A stretch of DNA of 64,000 nucleotides from an uncultured delta proteobacterium. Its GTDB lineage: Bacteria > Desulfobacterota > Syntrophia > Syntrophales > UBA5619. Position numbers and translations under genes: made by a program. The stretch's first letter is position 1. Every line of letters begins with the position of its first letter. Location of the stretch: NCBI GenBank assembly GCA_963817385.1, contig CAWFOM010000001.1:192001-256000 (forward strand), written 5' to 3'. Shown in pieces: positions 60,831-64,000 of this stretch. The notes under the pieces are model-generated. The model saw only the letters and a program-made list of their open reading frames with translations, was not told the origin of the DNA and did not search any database.

Positions 60831-61841
60831 TCAGCAAATAACATTGCCCCTAACTCCGGCGACATCCTCAGTAGCCGTAAGCACCATAGCAGCTCGCAAT
60901 TCATCCGCAATTTTCCCGAGAATTAATTCCACGCCGACAGATTGCCCTCCTACCGCACCTATGGCTATCGGTCTGCCGATCAGTACCGCATCAGCCCCGA
61001 GAGCCAGCATCTTCAGAACGTCAACTCCGCTCCGAATGCCGCCGTCTGCGAGAATCGCCATTTTGCCTCCGACGACATCAGCAATACCCGGAAGCACTTC
61101 GGCTGTTCCCGGCACATGGTCTAATGCCCGACCGCCATGATTTGAAACAACAATACCATCGACCCCAGCAGCATAACAGGCTTCAGCGTCTTCCCTCGTC
61201 ATGATCCCCTTTACGATAAATGGGAGGGAAGTCTTTTGCTTGATCCTCGCTAATTCATCCTGCGTCTTCGGACCAACCGGTTGCCCGGCGTTTGTCATAT
61301 TTATAAGCGCTGCGGCATCAATATCCATCCCGAAGGCCTGTGCCCCGGCGTCAGCAGCGCGCTTCGCCAATTCAATGACTTTGCCGATCTCGCGTGGCTT
61401 TATAATAGGGATACCATGCCCGAAAGATCTTATGGCTTTTAGGCCTGATTCAAAGCCTTCCGGGTTCGGGCTATCACTGGTCATGGCTATTGTACCGAAT
61501 CTTGAGCAACCGCCTACAACTGCATCGACATACTCTTCTTCGGTCAGTGCGCTCTTCATATTGAAATTAATACCACCGATCGCGGCTGCCATAACAGGGA
61601 TGGACAATTCCATACCCAAAAGAGAACAGGTCAACCGTGGTTGGTTTACACTGTGTACAGTACGTAAATTCAACCTGTAGCATTCCAAGGCTTTCACATT
61701 GTTGCGAAAGGCAGAACCGGTGCCGAGTCCCCCCATTCCGGGCACTTGCCCTGCACAGGCCACGCCGTTGCACACAGGACAAACCCTGCAGGAACCTTTG
61801 AACTTTTCGCGGGCAATCCGCTTAACATCACTCAAATCCAT
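60831..61841 (-). CDS. FMN-dependent alpha-hydroxy acid dehydrogenase
   Basis: CRVCPVCNGVAC N-terminus; VKGI, VSNHGGR, DGGIRSG and IGRP motifs. Confidence 0.92.
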   Translation of the reverse strand: MDLSDVKRIAREKFKGSCRVCPVCNGVACAGQVPGMGGLGTGSAFRNNVKALECYRLNLRTVHSVNQPRLTCSLLGMELSIPVMAAAIGGINFNMKSALTEEEYVDAVVGGCSRFGTIAMTSDSPNPEGFESGLKAIRSFGHGIPIIKPREIGKVIELAKRAADAGAQAFGMDIDAAALINMTNAGQPVGPKTQDELARIKQKTSLPFIVKGIMTREDAEACYAAGVDGIVVSNHGGRALDHVPGTAEVLPGIADVVGGKMAILADGGIRSGVDVLKMLALGADAVLIGRPIAIGAVGGQSVGVELILGKIADELRAAMVLTATEDVAGVRGNVIC

Positions 61842-61860
61842 ACTTAATCCCTCCTTATCA

Positions 61861-63099
61861 TCATAAAGCTTCTTGTACCGCGGTTTTCTGTTGCACCTCA
61901 CAATCGAGATCACGAATAGGCCTTTCTCGTATCGGCAAATAACAAAGCGAGGCGCCAAGACTCAATAGGATTGTCACCAGCCAGATGACACGATAAGAAC
62001 CGGTGCGGTCGAACAGAAGCCCTCCCAGCCAACCACCGGCAAAACTACCGATTTGATGCATGACGAATATAATCCCGGAAAGCGTCGAAAGATATCGTAC
62101 GCCGAAAACACTCGCCAAAATTCCATTTGTCAACGGCACGGTTCCCAGCCAGATCAGGCCTATGACCGCTGAAAAAAAATAAATTGACGCCTCGGTAATC
62201 GGCGCCGAGATAAATGCCGTAATAGCAACGGCACGGAGAATAAATATCAAGCTCAACAGGTGCTGTTTTGGATACTTCCCGCCTAAATACCCTGCAAGAT
62301 AGGACCCGAACATGTTGGAAAATCCGATAATTGACAAGGCATTTGCTGCAACTGCCAACGTCAGACCGTTATCCTGAATAAATGCCGCGAAATGAGTAAG
62401 GATGAAGACCACCTGAAAACCGCAAACTGAAAATCCGAGGCCTAACAACCAAAAGTCCCGGTGTTTAAAGGCTTCGGCTAAAGCGGCTTTCGTATCGCGC
62501 TTTGCTTCCAATGGATTTTTCCTTTCTCTCAGCCCCAGAGAAAGAGGAAACATCAAGGTGCTGGTAATTCCGAGAATAATTAAAGCCGCAAACCACCCCC
62601 AGGTATGGATTAATAACCTGCCATACGGCACCATCACAAACATCCCAAAAGAGGCGCCCGCCCCTGCAATACCCAGCACGAGGCTTCGTTTGTCCGGATC
62701 AAATGCACGACCGAGCGCGCCGAAAACAACGGCAAAACTGCTTCCGCCGAGCCCTATCCCGATCAGCATGCCTGCGCTCAGCGTCAGACCAACTCCGGTT
62801 GTGGAATACGCCATGCAAAATAACCCAAGCACATACGCTGCAGCGCCGATAAGCAGTGCTTTGCTTGCCCCGTATTTATCGGCTATCCAGCCGGTAAAAG
62901 GCTGGGCAATCCCCCATACCAGGTTCTGCAGGGCCATGGCAAAAGCAAACGTCTCCCTGCCGTATCCCAAATCAAGGCTCATAGGCGTTAAAAAAATGCC
63001 GAAACTTTGTCTCGTGCCGAATACGAGCGCTAATATAAGACTGCCGCAAATCAGCACGATTAATCGTGACGAAGCGAAACCTTTTTTATCCATACTCAT
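61861..63099 (-). CDS. MFS transporter
   Basis: About 12 TM; RQSFG, GWIADKYG, CGFQ and HQIGSF motifs. Confidence 0.93.
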   Translation of the reverse strand: MSMDKKGFASSRLIVLICGSLILALVFGTRQSFGIFLTPMSLDLGYGRETFAFAMALQNLVWGIAQPFTGWIADKYGASKALLIGAAAYVLGLFCMAYSTTGVGLTLSAGMLIGIGLGGSSFAVVFGALGRAFDPDKRSLVLGIAGAGASFGMFVMVPYGRLLIHTWGWFAALIILGITSTLMFPLSLGLRERKNPLEAKRDTKAALAEAFKHRDFWLLGLGFSVCGFQVVFILTHFAAFIQDNGLTLAVAANALSIIGFSNMFGSYLAGYLGGKYPKQHLLSLIFILRAVAITAFISAPITEASIYFFSAVIGLIWLGTVPLTNGILASVFGVRYLSTLSGIIFVMHQIGSFAGGWLGGLLFDRTGSYRVIWLVTILLSLGASLCYLPIRERPIRDLDCEVQQKTAVQEAL

Positions 63100-63639
63100 A
63101 CATTTCCCTCTTTTCTGGCGATATGTTATTAATATATTTACACGTTATGGATCATTTGTTTCGCAGAGCGGCATTTCAATCCCCTCCGATAAAACTTGGT
63201 GCTGAATATACTTGCGTCCCAAGAAACATAACAGATGCAAGGCATAAGTTTTCTCACGGTAACAGTTTCGAGGGGAAACAACTGTACCTGTCGTAAAATA
63301 AGACAATTGTATGTGTGGAAGTCACTCCGAATAGCGAGCTAAACCTTCACATTATCCTCATAGACGGAGGAACGGCGAGAGAAGATACAATTATTTTAAA
63401 GCGGAATTATAGTGGTGTGGTCCCGCGCCCGATTCGAATATTGCGGCCGATCAATAAACTGGCCGGCATGATATCGCAAATCCTTGCCATATTCGCCTTG
63501 CAGGCGTTTCAGTGATTTACTCTCGGCACGACACGCACCTGCACCATCACCTCCCCTGGAAAGAATCTCTCCGCTTCCAGCGCCATTGCTTGCATCTCGG
63601 AGGAACGCCCGCAAATGCGGTAAGTTGAGAATTTATAAT

Positions 63640-64000
63640 TTACCCTTTCTTGCGATCTTCAACCTTTACCTCCATAACAACATGCCCCCAGCCTCCGCAC
63701 CTTACTCCAACATCGACACAACCGAACCTGTTGGACCTCATGTTATTGGGATCAATGCCGGCATAAATAAGTTCGGCTGGGGCGGGCAGCCAGAGCAACC
63801 GAATGCAAGGCAAAAATACAAACTTTGCTCGGTCCCAGTTTTGCTAAAAGGCTGACACCGCGACCATCGAAATAAAACTTGTCACCGGCTTTATGCCCGC
63901 TGTCGCAGCCGTGTGATTCGATAACTTCCGCTACAATCGTTTTATTCAGCATTAAGACCGTTTTAGATAAAACATCTTCGTTACTAGGATTGGCCTGGAA
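63640..64000 (-). CDS. Cys-motif hypothetical protein (TIGR04076-like), partial and frameshifted
   Basis: GCDSGHKAGDKFYFDG, VCIFAL, and GCVDVGVRCGGWG in the next frame. Confidence 0.6.

Noticed and set aside
63130..63320. Riboswitch upstream of the MFS gene
   Set aside because: Small hairpins only; no recognisable aptamer consensus
63408..63595. Selenoprotein-like ORF (…RVNH-UGA-NAC…, UxxC)
   Set aside because: The hairpin after UGA is too close for a typical bacterial SECIS and no family is recognisable; would need a homolog search showing Cys at that position

Overview
GC-rich anaerobe-type bacterial window; gene content suggests a deltaproteobacterium (inference). Many genes are split by frameshifts, probably assembly indels. 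(1) 1-15.1 kb holds two minus-strand integron cassette arrays (at least 7 and 4 cassettes). Each has a recognisable attI and is preceded by a co-oriented ('inverted') intI remnant with a different deletion. The two remnants share a conserved hairpin-forming non-coding leader. The arrays carry HigBA and MazEF-like TA cassettes and an IS3-family insertion, and they flank a CoA-transferase / DUF429 / EndoQ-UvrD block. (2) 15.2-20.4 kb: Lut/LUD lactate-dehydrogenase-like genes, DUF1847, an MBL-fold hydrolase and mobB. (3) 20.6-45.5 kb: a minus-strand catabolic cluster for an unknown carboxylate. It has a PrpF-family isomerase, ThDP enzyme, GntR, 2-hydroxyacid dehydrogenase, two TTT transporters, an RraA aldolase, carboxyltransferase, epimerase, an atypical B12 acyl-CoA mutase, CoA-transferase and Na+-pumping decarboxylase subunits. 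It also has three paralogous copies of an uncharacterised two-gene Fe-S module and REP-like palindromes. (4) 45.8-55.6 kb: fdhE, nth, gap, tpiA, secG and tRNA-Leu(GAG). A divergent GAPDH and a 1404-aa dikinase-like protein sit where pgk usually lies. (5) 55.6-64 kb: an eroded island at tRNA-Leu with an integrase remnant, ArsR plus a Cys-rich microprotein, B12 radical SAM, DUF1326/DUF2182, an FMN hydroxyacid dehydrogenase and an MFS transporter. All family calls are by-eye motif recognition; no searches were run.
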